From a virus (taxonomy: Duplodnaviria > Caudoviricetes), in IMG/VR virus record IMGVR_UViG_3300031949_001708, positions 1,936-65,935 of that record: 64,000 nucleotides of DNA. One strand, written 5' to 3'. The notes beneath the pieces were generated by a model. That model worked only from the letters and a program-made list of their open reading frames with translations. It was not told the origin of the DNA and ran no database searches. Position numbers and translations under genes: made by a program. Positions 16,484 through 26,154 of the stretch are shown piece after piece. Every line of letters begins with the position of its first letter. Position 1 is the stretch's first letter.

Positions 16484-18892
16484 ATGGTTGCGAGGAACGG
16501 CGCCGAGGTAGCGGAGGCACTGGCCGAAGCACAGAAGGGCTTTGACGAGCGCACGGCTCGCCGGTCCGTCATCGAGCCGCGCACACCCGAAGAAGGACAC
16601 TTCGCACCCGGTTACGACCTCGGCAACCTCGTCCTGTGGGTCGGGCAGCAGGCAGACGAGATCGAGGCGTGGGGCCGCAACGTCAAGCGCCGCGACCGCC
16701 AGCTGCGGGAGTTCATCCCGACGGAGAACGTCGTGGCGGCGGCCCTCGGGACGGTCGTGGCGCGCAACGCCGCCTTCGACTTCTCCGTCAAGGGCCCGCC
16801 CCGCACGGCCGCGCGGGTCCACGACATCCTGGAGAACGCGAACAACGGTAAGGGCTGGATCGACTTCATCGCGAAGCTGTCGTACGACCTCTACAGCCAG
16901 GACAGCGGCGCGTTCTTCGAGATCCTGCGGGAGGGCGACTCCGAGACGGCGCCACTGATCGGCGTCAACCACCTCGACGCCTCCCGCTGCTGGCACACGG
17001 GTATCCCGCAGGAACCGGTGCTTTACCAGGACCGGCTCGGCCGCTACCACCTGATGAAGTGGTATCAGGTCCAGACGTTGGCGGAGCTGCCGGCGCCGCA
17101 CGAGACGCTCTACGGGCTCCAACTCTGCGCCCTGACGCGGCTCCTCCGAGCCTGCCAGATCATCAAGGCGGTCAACCAGTACAAGTACGAGAAGGTCTCG
17201 GGTCGCCACACCCGCGCCATCCACTTCATCCGCGGCGTCCCGACGCAGCAGATCAACGCCGCCCTCGCGCAGATGCAGATCCACGCCGACCAGGCGGGGC
17301 TGTCGAAGTACCTCCAGCCCATCATGATCGGCACGGTCGACCCGGCCGTGGACCTCCAGACCGCCACGATCGAGTTCCTCAGCCTGCCGGACGGGTACGA
17401 CGAGGAGACGACGTTCAAGCACTACATCAACCAGATCGCGCTCGCGTTCCTCGAGGACTACCAGACGTTTGCGCCACTCCCGGGCGGCAACCTCGGCACG
17501 AGCGCCCAGAGCCAGATCCTGCACCAGAAGGGCCAAGGCAAGGGCCCGGCCCTCTTCATGAAGTTGATGTCTACGGCCTTCAACCAGAACGTCATGCCGA
17601 AGAACGTGGAGTTCGCGTGGGAGGAGCAGGACGTCGAGGCGGAGAAGAAGGAGGCGGACGTCCGGGCCGTGCGGGCGACGACACGGGCGGCGAGGATCGC
17701 GTCCGGCGAACTCACGCCGGAAGTGGCGCGCCAGATCGCGAAGGACGAGGGCGACCTCGACGGCGCGTACCTCGATGCGCTGGGCCAGGAGGACGTGACG
17801 GAGGACGTGGAGCTGGAGGACGACCGGCCGACGGAGGCGCAGATCGAGGAAGACGAGGCAGGAGGGGCGGGAAGCCTGTCGGCCCAGCCGGCGCAGCAGG
17901 GCCCGACGCCGGAGCAACTTCAGGCCGTGGCCGACGCGATCAAGGCGCTCTCGCCCCTCCTCCTCCGCAACGTGGCGGAGGGCCGGAAGGTCCAGCTCGG
18001 GGCCTTCCTCCAGACACGCATCCACCGCGCCTTCACCACGGCGGCGGACGACCTCGCGGCTCTCGGCTACATGGACACGGCTGGCCGCATCCAGCTCTCC
18101 GGCATCATCGGCGACACGCTCGGGACGTTTGCCCGCCTGGTGGACGAGGAGGCGGCTGGAATCGCGCTGCAGGAACTTGACCGCCAGGACGTCCGGGAGC
18201 TGGTGGAGCAGGCGGCCAAGGCGCTGGACCATCGTGCCACCGGGATGGAGACGGCCGCAGAACGCGTGCCGATGGAGGAGGAGGTGGCGGGGAAGCTCAG
18301 TCCTGTTCTCGAGTTCCTGCGTAGCCGTATTCATCGGCAACTCCGCGCCGTACCGGGCAGGAAAGCCCGCCCGGGCGACGATGCCGTCAGTGAGGCGTTG
18401 GGGGAGGTCGAGGAAGTGCTGCGCTTGGCAGTCGATCAGCGTGTAGCTCACGCGGTTGATGAGGCAACGGCCGACATTCCCAACCCGACGGTCATTGCGG
18501 AGATCATGCGCGAGGCGTTGGTCCAGAACGCACGCGAGCTGCGGCAGTTCCGGGACGTCATAGGCCGCGAGGTTGCGGACACGCTGAAGGATGCGAGAGT
18601 GCAGGCGGAGGATGTGGCGGCATCAGTGGCGGACCTGCGAAAAGCTGTAACAGCCCAGCAACAGAGTCGGGCGCTCGTGCCCCTGGTGCGCGATCTCGTT
18701 GCCGCGACCCTGAAAGAGGCGCCACCTCGCCCTACGCCCGGGTCAGAGCGGCGCCGAGCCGAGTACGGCGAGGATGGGAAGATCCGCCGCGTCGTCGTCG
18801 AGGCGGGTGACGGAACCCGGACGGCGATCGAGGTCAGGCGCGACGAGACGGGCAAGGTGGTCGAGACGTTCCAGCACCCGGACGAGACCTAG
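16484..18892 (+). CDS. Portal protein with long C-terminal extension
   Basis: Follows terminase; GW..F...DL..QDSGAFFEI.R..HLD; ~460-aa core plus ~340-aa helical tail. Confidence 0.8.
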   Translation: MVARNGAEVAEALAEAQKGFDERTARRSVIEPRTPEEGHFAPGYDLGNLVLWVGQQADEIEAWGRNVKRRDRQLREFIPTENVVAAALGTVVARNAAFDFSVKGPPRTAARVHDILENANNGKGWIDFIAKLSYDLYSQDSGAFFEILREGDSETAPLIGVNHLDASRCWHTGIPQEPVLYQDRLGRYHLMKWYQVQTLAELPAPHETLYGLQLCALTRLLRACQIIKAVNQYKYEKVSGRHTRAIHFIRGVPTQQINAALAQMQIHADQAGLSKYLQPIMIGTVDPAVDLQTATIEFLSLPDGYDEETTFKHYINQIALAFLEDYQTFAPLPGGNLGTSAQSQILHQKGQGKGPALFMKLMSTAFNQNVMPKNVEFAWEEQDVEAEKKEADVRAVRATTRAARIASGELTPEVARQIAKDEGDLDGAYLDALGQEDVTEDVELEDDRPTEAQIEEDEAGGAGSLSAQPAQQGPTPEQLQAVADAIKALSPLLLRNVAEGRKVQLGAFLQTRIHRAFTTAADDLAALGYMDTAGRIQLSGIIGDTLGTFARLVDEEAAGIALQELDRQDVRELVEQAAKALDHRATGMETAAERVPMEEEVAGKLSPVLEFLRSRIHRQLRAVPGRKARPGDDAVSEALGEVEEVLRLAVDQRVAHAVDEATADIPNPTVIAEIMREALVQNARELRQFRDVIGREVADTLKDARVQAEDVAASVADLRKAVTAQQQSRALVPLVRDLVAATLKEAPPRPTPGSERRRAEYGEDGKIRRVVVEAGDGTRTAIEVRRDETGKVVETFQHPDET

Positions 18893-18893
18893 A

Positions 18894-19421
18894 ATGGCAA
18901 AGTGCGGGATTTGCACGAAGGACGTGGCGGTCTCGCTCTACCTGCGAGTCAAGCCGATGTGGGAGATCAGGCCGGGGAGGTGGCGGGCTGCAAAGAAAGA
19001 TGCGCACCTTTTTCTCGGCTACTGGCCGAAGGGAAGCCACCTCGCCGAGTATCTGCGCATGGAATATGCGCGGGAGATGGCGGGGCGACCGGACGCGATC
19101 CTGCAGCGGCTCTGGGAGGCCAACTGCCATGGGCACCGCGTCGACGAGATCATCGAGGCGATTGAGGAGAAGATGCCTCCCATCCCTGGCGTGGCCGTGA
19201 AGATTCTGTGGAACCCCTCGCCTCGGGTCACGCCCTATCTGCTCGCCGAGACGGATGTCGCGCGCCGAGCGGCGATGCTGGAGGTCAACAACGATCTGCG
19301 CGCATGCCTCGTGACGGAGAAGCGCGATGTCAGGGAGAAGGTCTACGCCTTGGTGAACAACTCAGTTGATCGCGTCGAGCGGAGCATGTCGCTCAACGGC
19401 GCTGCCGCAAGGAGGCACTAA
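18894..19421 (+). CDS. Hypothetical protein
   Basis: Coupled to portal stop. Confidence 0.55.
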   Translation: MAKCGICTKDVAVSLYLRVKPMWEIRPGRWRAAKKDAHLFLGYWPKGSHLAEYLRMEYAREMAGRPDAILQRLWEANCHGHRVDEIIEAIEEKMPPIPGVAVKILWNPSPRVTPYLLAETDVARRAAMLEVNNDLRACLVTEKRDVREKVYALVNNSVDRVERSMSLNGAAARRH

Positions 19422-19423
19422 AG

Positions 19424-19870
19424 ATGAGTCTGGTCTACACGCCGTTCAAGGGGGACATCCTCCGCGGTGTCGCGACGCACAACATGGCCGAAGCGGGCGC
19501 GGACGTGCGCATCCTGCTGGCCATGACGAACACGACACTTGACACCGAGCAGGACGACGAGTTCGTCGGCGACACCACGACGCTGGACGAGTACGACGGC
19601 GCGAACTACGCGCGTCAGAACCTCGGCACGCAGGCGGTGACGGACGATGCTGGCAACAACCGCGCCGAATTCGACGCCGACAATAGCCAGTTCGCGAACC
19701 TCGGTGTCGGTACGCGCCAGGCGGCGGGCATCGTTGTCTTCATCTTCGTCACGAACGACGCGGACTCCTTTCTGGTCTGCTGGATCGACAGCGGTGGCTT
19801 CCCATTCGACGGCAACGGAGGCAACGTCGATATCGCTTGGAACGGCGAGGGGATTCTGCAGACGACCTAG
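19424..19870 (+). CDS. Putative virion structural protein
   Basis: Acidic, Gly/Thr-rich, E..G.NYARQ.L, FP....G.NV.I.WN..GI pattern of phage structural proteins. Confidence 0.65.
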   Translation: MSLVYTPFKGDILRGVATHNMAEAGADVRILLAMTNTTLDTEQDDEFVGDTTTLDEYDGANYARQNLGTQAVTDDAGNNRAEFDADNSQFANLGVGTRQAAGIVVFIFVTNDADSFLVCWIDSGGFPFDGNGGNVDIAWNGEGILQTT

Positions 19871-19912
19871 CGCTTGACTGGTCGGTCCTCCATGTCCGAG
19901 GGAGCCTAGCCC

Positions 19913-21862
19913 GTGGTTAGCCCGCGTGACAATCCTCGCGCCCTAGCCGTCCGCGACGCCTTCGCTGGCCAGACCAAGGGCCGCGTCGTTACGCGTGGCC
20001 CGCTGCGCCTGATCTTCGATGAGCTGCCCTCGCTGGTCCGCAACCAGGCTGGCGAGGCCGTCGGCGTCTCCGTCATGGTGCGCCTGTTCGATGGCCTGAC
20101 TGAGATACGCATCGACCCGCACCGCGTGATACTCAACCCGCCCACGGTGCCGAGGGCGAACCTGACCTATGAGGTTGGGGCGCTAGACGCCGAGAACCGT
20201 TTCGTCGGTTCAGGCCGCATCGTGGCGCAGAAGACTGCCACGAAGGGCGTAGCCTACCGGCGCATCGTAGGCGCTCCTGACCCCGAGGCGGCGCTGATAG
20301 AGGCTGTCTGGGACAGCATTGACCGAGTGCCCAACGCTAAAGGCTTCGGGACGCGAGGCACGGTCACGACCGTCTATGCGACGGCTCCCGGTGGGGCCGG
20401 GTTTGCCCGATCTTCCGATGCTGCCTATGCCACCGCTCGTACTGGCGCGGCGCTAACTACCGGGACTCCCCATAGGGTGGGGCAGTTCCTCTTTACCGAC
20501 AACATATATTACATCTACGAAGGGTTTATCATCTTCGACACCTCGGTTATTGGGGCCGGCCAAGCCGTCTCAGCTGTGGTCGCCAGCCTCGATGGGTCGT
20601 CTGATGCCTCGACGACCGACTTCATCGCCGGTCTCGCCGCCAGCGTTTACAACGGTGGTCAAGTCGTCACTGGCGACTGGGTTTCTGGCGCTGCTATTCC
20701 GACGCCCGAGCTTGCGACGTGGAACTCCTCCGGCTATGTCGCGGGTTACAACGCCTTCACAGAGACGGCGGACTTCAAGACCGCCATCAACAAGACCGGC
20801 AGCACCTCTCTTATCCTCTACTCGCAACGCCACCGCGATGCTACCACGCCGCCTGATAATGAGAACGTCGTCTTCACCGACGCCGACGCCGCTGGCACGA
20901 CGACCGACCCGAAGTTGGACATCACGCACGCGGCGGGTGGGGGGACGCAGACCATCTCGCCGTCTCCCGTGGCGCTGCCGGTCGTGGTGCCAGCGCCGAC
21001 CGTCACGAAGGCGCTGACCATCAGCCCGACGCCGGTGGCCCTGCCGCTGGCAGTTCCCGCACCAATTCTCACTCACAGCCTGACGCTCTCGCCGACACCC
21101 GTGCTGCTGCCACTCGCAGTTCCGATCCCAGCCGTTACTCACGGCCTGACGCTGTCGCCCACGCCCGCGACCATTCCGGTCGTCGTGCCGGCCCCCGTCG
21201 TGACGGTCGCGGGCGGCACCACGACCATCACCCCGACACCCGTCACTGTCCCGGTACTCGTGCCCGCGCCGATTCTGAGCCTCTCGTTGACCATCTCGCC
21301 GTCCCCCGTGACGGTGCCGCTCGTGGTGCCGGTGCCGATGATCAGCCATGCACTCACGATTTCACCGACACCCGTCACCCTTCCGGTGCTCGTGCCCGCG
21401 CCGACCGTCTCGGTCGCAAGCACCCAGACGATCACGCCTCTCCCCATCACGATCCCCGTCGTGGTGCCGGCCCCGACCGTCTCGGTTGCGGCCGGTCCGG
21501 CTGTCTCCGTGGTGCAGGTCGGCGGAGGTGGTGGCGGTCGCAGGGCTTGGCGGCCGTGGCCTTACGAATGGACGGCCATGGATCGGCTCCGCGCCCTCCT
21601 TGATCTGCTGCGCCGGCGCAAGCGCCAACAGCAGGAACTAGAGGAGGAGGAGGAGGAGGAGGAACCAAGCACCCCGCCTCCTGCCCTCCCGGTGTCGCCT
21701 GGAGAGATTCGAGCACTCGTCCAAGAAGTCCAAGAGTTGCTGGCGCTTGCGCGTGGTAAGCCAGCCTTGCCCGAACAAGCCGATGAAGAGCTGTGGCTCC
21801 TCGGCATTCGGGAGGGGGGAGACGAGGAGATGTTACTGCTAGGAGGTGACTGGACGGTCTAA
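19913..21862 (+). CDS. Putative virion surface protein with 8 Pro/Val/Thr-rich ~22-25-aa repeats
   Basis: Repeats T(I/L)(S/T)PxPVxxPxxVPAP at ~20945-21490, Gly linker, poly-Glu run. Confidence 0.7.
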   Translation: MVSPRDNPRALAVRDAFAGQTKGRVVTRGPLRLIFDELPSLVRNQAGEAVGVSVMVRLFDGLTEIRIDPHRVILNPPTVPRANLTYEVGALDAENRFVGSGRIVAQKTATKGVAYRRIVGAPDPEAALIEAVWDSIDRVPNAKGFGTRGTVTTVYATAPGGAGFARSSDAAYATARTGAALTTGTPHRVGQFLFTDNIYYIYEGFIIFDTSVIGAGQAVSAVVASLDGSSDASTTDFIAGLAASVYNGGQVVTGDWVSGAAIPTPELATWNSSGYVAGYNAFTETADFKTAINKTGSTSLILYSQRHRDATTPPDNENVVFTDADAAGTTTDPKLDITHAAGGGTQTISPSPVALPVVVPAPTVTKALTISPTPVALPLAVPAPILTHSLTLSPTPVLLPLAVPIPAVTHGLTLSPTPATIPVVVPAPVVTVAGGTTTITPTPVTVPVLVPAPILSLSLTISPSPVTVPLVVPVPMISHALTISPTPVTLPVLVPAPTVSVASTQTITPLPITIPVVVPAPTVSVAAGPAVSVVQVGGGGGGRRAWRPWPYEWTAMDRLRALLDLLRRRKRQQQELEEEEEEEEPSTPPPALPVSPGEIRALVQEVQELLALARGKPALPEQADEELWLLGIREGGDEEMLLLGGDWTV

Positions 21863-21947
21863 GAAAGTGGGCGCAAAATAGGGACGCGCTGAGAGCGGTA
21901 GGGAGAAACGGGCTTCCACTGCGGGCGCGGGCGCGAGGAGGAGAAGC

Positions 21948-22052
21948 ATGACGGGTCAGCAGAAGGCGGCCGTTGCGGCAATCGTCGTGGGAGCGATCAT
22001 CGCGATCCTGAAGGTCTTCGGGATTGACATTCCTTACGCGCCTGTCGTCTAG
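21948..22052 (+). CDS. 34-aa single-TM peptide
   Basis: MTGQQKAAVAAIVVGAIIAILKVFGIDIPYAPVV; strong GAGGAGGAG RBS. Confidence 0.65.
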   Translation: MTGQQKAAVAAIVVGAIIAILKVFGIDIPYAPVV

Positions 22053-22198
22053 ACAACCGGCGTCGGGCCGGCGTAACATTGGCCGGCTGGGCCGAGGGCC
22101 CGGGGGTGGCGCCCTGACACACACGCTGCTCCCCGGACCCTTCTCATAGCGGGAGGGTGAAACGGCTTCCACGCTGGCTCCATAACCCAGAGACACCC

Positions 22199-22239
22199 GG
22201 GAGGGAGCGCCGACCCCACCCCGGCGCTCCCTCTCTTTT
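22199..22239 (+). terminator. Intrinsic terminator
   Basis: 12-bp stem GAGGGAGCGCCG/CGGCGCTCCCTC followed by TCTTTT. Confidence 0.85.
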
Positions 22240-22265
22240 GGCCTGAAGATTGCGCCGCACGCCTA

Positions 22266-22294
22266 TTGCGACTAGCCGTTCGCATGGCTATACT
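22266..22294 (+). promoter_or_regulatory. Sigma70-type promoter
   Basis: TTGCGA-17nt-TATACT, 6 nt before ATG 22301. Confidence 0.65.
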
Positions 22295-22300
22295 CCCGCC

Positions 22301-22579
22301 ATGGACGCCCCGGCGAAGGCCCCCGAGCTAAAGACGCGCGCGCTCCCGTGGCGCCAGGAGGCGATCCTGCGCGCCATCGGCGCGAACTACCGGCGCGACG
22401 GCCGCCCCCCGACGGTCCAGGAGATTCTGGACGCGACCGGCATCACCACCACCTCTGTCGTTGCGTACAACCTGCGGCGCCTCCAGGAGAAGGGCCTGAT
22501 CCGGATCGATAATGGCGTCTCGCGCGGCATCCGACTGGTGGTGCAGGAGGAGGAGCGTTGCCCGGTTTGTGGTCGTTAG
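22301..22579 (+). CDS. LexA-like DNA-binding domain-only regulator
   Basis: RQ..IL..I......G.PPTV.EI....G..S.V.Y.L..L..KG.I.....SRGI; no peptidase domain. Confidence 0.85.
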   Translation: MDAPAKAPELKTRALPWRQEAILRAIGANYRRDGRPPTVQEILDATGITTTSVVAYNLRRLQEKGLIRIDNGVSRGIRLVVQEEERCPVCGR

Positions 22580-22607
22580 GCTTTTAGTCTGAAAAAGGAG
22601 AGAAAGC

Positions 22608-23009
22608 ATGCACCCAGACGAGGAAACGGACGCGAACATGGTCTTCGACCCGGAGGTGCGGGAGACGATCCGCACGTTGGCGGAGACGCTTGACGTGGCG
22701 GTGCGGGCGAGCGAACTGCGAACGTGCCATCCGGACACTGCGGCAGCCTGTCGCCGTGTCGTCACGGCGGCGGCCGGCCGGCTCTTCAAGATGCTGGACC
22801 TAGAAATGGGCCAGCCGCCGTCGCTGATGGCGCGCCTGGTCGAGGCGTGCGCGCCGCTGCTTGGCGGCCCTGGCTACGCCCGCGAGGAGAATCTGCGGAT
22901 CGTCCCGGAGGTTGTGAGACTGTTGAAGATTGGCGGCGGGGAGCAGTGGGCTATTGGCGAGCTCCTCGAGCGCGTCGCGGCCGTGGCGGAGGAGTGGAAG
23001 CAGGAGTGA
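22608..23009 (+). CDS. Hypothetical protein
   Basis: AGGAG RBS. Confidence 0.55.
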   Translation: MHPDEETDANMVFDPEVRETIRTLAETLDVAVRASELRTCHPDTAAACRRVVTAAAGRLFKMLDLEMGQPPSLMARLVEACAPLLGGPGYAREENLRIVPEVVRLLKIGGGEQWAIGELLERVAAVAEEWKQE

Positions 23010-23015
23010 CGCCCT

Positions 23016-23328
23016 GATGGTGGAGATCCGCCACTACTCGCCCGGCAGCCTCGCGACGCGTTGCTGGTACGACGTCGATGACTACTGCCCGCGCAAGCCC
23101 GTCGTGCGCGTCACGACCGAGGTGCGGAGCCGGCACCTGTGCGTCCTGCATTACGACGCGTGGAAGCGCGGCGTGCGGGAGTTGGTGGCGGCGTTCGGAG
23201 AATGGGACGCGCGGGGGACGGACGGCGTTCCGGATGACGGGCAGGAGCGGCAGCGCCGGCGGGCCCACGAGGAACTGGCCGCCATCCTGGCGGACGAGGC
23301 GAAGGAGAAGGTCCGGCATGGCCTATAG
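23016..23328 (+). CDS. Hypothetical protein
   Basis: Coupled ORF. Confidence 0.45.
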
Positions 23329-23833
23329 CCTCCGAACGAAGAAGTCCTGGAACGACACGATGCAGGAGATTCGGCTGACGTTCGAGCGCTGGGGCATCGA
23401 GCGTTGGACCGTCTTCGCCGGCATTCCGGGTCAGCGGCGCTCGACGGCCTATTACCAGACGGAGGACCAGCGGCGGGTCGAATTGCGCTATCAGCATCCG
23501 TCCGGCCAGGAGGTCGTGCTGATCAAGGCCACCGAGGACCGCGACGTCGACAACCTCCGCGTCCTCTACCTGGCGGTCGAGGCGATCCGGCTGAACGAAG
23601 TCCGCGGCATCGGCGACGTGGTCCGGGAAGCGTACCTCCAGATCGCGGCCCCGGCGAAGGGGCGCGACCCCTGGGAAGTTCTCGGGGTCCGGCCCGACAC
23701 GCCACTGGAGGACTGCGAGGCGATGTACCGGATCAAGGCGAAGCGGCTGCATCCCGACACCGGCAACGGTGACGAGGCGGGCATGAAGGAACTGAACGCG
23801 GCGATCGAGAAGATCAGGAAGGAGCAGGCATGA
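23318..23833 (+). CDS. J-domain (DnaJ-like) protein
   Basis: DPWEVLGV..A.YR..AKRLHPD.G.G....KELNAA. Confidence 0.88.
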   Translation: MAYSLRTKKSWNDTMQEIRLTFERWGIERWTVFAGIPGQRRSTAYYQTEDQRRVELRYQHPSGQEVVLIKATEDRDVDNLRVLYLAVEAIRLNEVRGIGDVVREAYLQIAAPAKGRDPWEVLGVRPDTPLEDCEAMYRIKAKRLHPDTGNGDEAGMKELNAAIEKIRKEQA

Positions 23834-24057
23834 CGCTCGTGTGGGTTCTTGCCGGCATCATCGGCTGGATCGCGTTCGGCACGCTCCTGCTCCGCGCCTT
23901 CCTCTTCTGGCAGAGGCGGACAGGAACGGAATGGCAAATGGACGAACCGCTGGCGGTAATGTTTGCTTTCGCCTGGCCGGCCCCACTCCTCCTGGGCCTC
24001 ATCAACCTAATCGGAGGCTTGATCCTAATCCTGGTTGATTATCGGAGGGAGCCGTGA
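23830..24057 (+). CDS. Small membrane protein
   Basis: Two hydrophobic segments; ATGA coupling. Confidence 0.6.
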   Translation: MTLVWVLAGIIGWIAFGTLLLRAFLFWQRRTGTEWQMDEPLAVMFAFAWPAPLLLGLINLIGGLILILVDYRREP

Positions 24058-24078
24058 TGGCTCGCCATACCGACCACC

Positions 24079-24324
24079 TTGGTTCTCTCGGCATGCCGAG
24101 CAGAAGGAGTGTCGACATGGCGCTGGCGGCGGTGGCGGCCGAGACGATGCGGGCCCAGCAGCGATACCCGCGCCGTCCTCCTTGAAGAGGTCGAGGAGCT
24201 GTGGGAAGTGGTGCGAAACCACCACGCCGGCGTCGACGACGAGCAGGGCATGAAGCTGCGGCTTCGCGCCGAGGCGATCCAGGTCGGGGCCATGGCCCTT
24301 CGCATCATCCTGGAGTTGACGTGA
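24079..24324 (+). CDS. Hypothetical protein (MazG-like helical pattern possible); start uncertain
   Basis: AVLLEEVEELWE.V...EA.QV.AMALR. Confidence 0.5.
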   Translation: MVLSACRAEGVSTWRWRRWRPRRCGPSSDTRAVLLEEVEELWEVVRNHHAGVDDEQGMKLRLRAEAIQVGAMALRIILELT

Positions 24325-24524
24325 TGGAGGATTGGCCCTTGGCTCTCTGGGCACTCTACGCCAAGGTCGATCTGTACTTCGCCCAGATGAAGGCCATGGG
24401 AATCGGCCGCGACCGCGCCGGGGAGCTTGCGGAGGGAGAAGTCGCTATCGCTCGGACCCTTCCGGGCCGGTCGGACCCCTTCCGGCGCATCCTTGAGGCA
24501 GTAGCGCGAGGGGATCTGACGTGA
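24324..24524 (+). CDS. Hypothetical protein
   Basis: TGATG coupling. Confidence 0.5.
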   Translation: MEDWPLALWALYAKVDLYFAQMKAMGIGRDRAGELAEGEVAIARTLPGRSDPFRRILEAVARGDLT

Positions 24525-24718
24525 CCTGCCCTGGCTGCGGCCGCGACCTCTGGGTCTGCACGGATCAGGCGACGGGCGACTACTACTGGTGCCCGGCGTG
24601 CCACCGGCGCTATTCACCCCAGGCCGACTTCATCGTTGAGGCGAAGGCGCGGTCGCTCGTGGCGGCGAAGGCGGCCGCCCAGCTCGGGCAGAGCCGCCTA
24701 CCGTTCAGGCTGGAATGA
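24521..24718 (+). CDS. Zn-ribbon protein
   Basis: CPGC..CPAC. Confidence 0.55.
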   Translation: MTCPGCGRDLWVCTDQATGDYYWCPACHRRYSPQADFIVEAKARSLVAAKAAAQLGQSRLPFRLE

Positions 24719-24731
24719 AAGGAGAAGCCGT

Positions 24732-25049
24732 ATGAACCTGCGGGACATCGTCGAGGTGCGCCAAGTTGGGCTCCAGCGAGCCAACGACCTGCTCGAGGCG
24801 GGCTACCACCTCCTCGCCATCGACCAGACGACCCAGGGCGTCGAGCGGGAGCAGAAGGAGGGCGAAGCCATCGGCGCGTCCTTCTTCGTCGCGAAGCGCC
24901 TGGAGTACGTCATCGGTCGGACGGCTGAGCAGCGCCCGATCATCGACCTGCTGCGGCAGTGGAACGACGAGCGCCGGCTGAAGAACGAGCAGTGGCGGGC
25001 AGACGCGGAACGGCGAGCCGCGACGACGGAAGCGGAGATTACGACGTGA
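24732..25049 (+). CDS. Hypothetical protein
   Basis: AGGAG RBS. Confidence 0.55.
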   Translation: MNLRDIVEVRQVGLQRANDLLEAGYHLLAIDQTTQGVEREQKEGEAIGASFFVAKRLEYVIGRTAEQRPIIDLLRQWNDERRLKNEQWRADAERRAATTEAEITT

Positions 25050-25273
25050 ACGCGCCCAGCGTCTCGGCCAGCGACATCAACCGCTGCCCAAACCATAGCC
25101 TCGTGCCCCAGCACTACCGGGACAACGGCGTCTGCGCCTGCTTCCCGGACGTGGTGGCGGATCTGCTCGTGGGGGCGCGCGCCTTCGCGGTCGAGATGCG
25201 GGTTGCGGGCATGAAGGGCACGGTCGTGCTCGAGTGGGGCGACCGCACGCTCCTGGACGTCGTGATCGACTGA
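25046..25273 (+). CDS. Hypothetical protein
   Basis: GTGA coupling. Confidence 0.45.
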   Translation: MNAPSVSASDINRCPNHSLVPQHYRDNGVCACFPDVVADLLVGARAFAVEMRVAGMKGTVVLEWGDRTLLDVVID

Positions 25274-25455
25274 TGAAGGCGACGCCATGGGTCGTGGTGG
25301 GGCCGGAGCCGGACCTCGCGTCCTGCACGCGGTGCCGCGACCGCCTGCCGAAGCCTAGCCTGCCAAAGCCCCTCGGAGCGTTCGGGCGCTACATGCAGGC
25401 ATTGGGGATTGTATACCACACGCTAGGCTGTGGTAAGATGGCGGTGCCTCGGTGA
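25273..25455 (+). pseudogene. Small Zn-binding ORF apparently truncated by an IS-end sequence at 25404
   Basis: MKATPW..CTRC.. runs into GIVYHTLG, the same peptide read from the IS right end at 51558. Confidence 0.45.
25404..25434 (+). mobile_element. Solo copy of the IS1595 right terminal inverted repeat
   Basis: GGGGATTGTATACCACACGCTAGGCT, 26/26 identical to reverse complement of 51533-51558. Confidence 0.85.
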
Positions 25456-26114
25456 GGCAGCTTGTCTTACTCATAGCGGCGGTGGTGGTGATTCTATTGC
25501 CGGACGATGGCGGCAGCTTCTGGGACTTCAACGTAATTGAGTTGATCACGCTGATTGGCGTGGTGATGGGTCTTGTGGGCGCGACCATCCGCTGGGCTCG
25601 GAACAGATATAGACGTCCTGTCCAGATACGTTACCTCATACCCAAAGAGAAATATACGCTCCGTGAGTTTCCAGGAGCCAATCGACAGGAAACCTTGGCT
25701 GATAGTTTGCGGGTCGGCATAGGAACCTATCAACTGCTGTTCCAAGTGCAAGTCATGCGAGAAATCGACGTGCTATCTGCCAATCTACGCTTTGTTGGCA
25801 ACGGAGCGGAACATCTCACCGATGAAGGCCCCAACAACCTCTTCATAATCGACCGCGAACCTAGTGACTCCGTGTCGCTACCGCGTTTTCAGAATTGGCA
25901 CGGTGAGTGGCAGAATCCTACCGGCACGACTTGGCTCACAGGAGAGCCGCGTATGCTAGGCCATAGAATAAGGATCAGCGGACCATTTATAGGTCACCTG
26001 ATTTGGGTACTACGCATCAAAGGCCGCCACAAACCCTTTGAGCAACAGTTGGCACTCACTGCTCACGGCGGCTCCCAAGACGATGTGCCGTTTCTCAGGC
26101 TGGCAACTGTTTAG
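25452..26114 (+). CDS. Low-GC membrane-anchored cargo protein
   Basis: Two N-terminal hydrophobic segments; codon usage unlike phage genes. Confidence 0.7.
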   Translation: MRQLVLLIAAVVVILLPDDGGSFWDFNVIELITLIGVVMGLVGATIRWARNRYRRPVQIRYLIPKEKYTLREFPGANRQETLADSLRVGIGTYQLLFQVQVMREIDVLSANLRFVGNGAEHLTDEGPNNLFIIDREPSDSVSLPRFQNWHGEWQNPTGTTWLTGEPRMLGHRIRISGPFIGHLIWVLRIKGRHKPFEQQLALTAHGGSQDDVPFLRLATV

Positions 26115-26154
26115 GAATGAGTTCCTTGTGCTCCAGCGTGTCAGCTAGGACGAG

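Noticed and set aside
21639-21664. (GAG)n microsatellite
   Set aside because: Simply encodes the poly-Glu run in the surface protein
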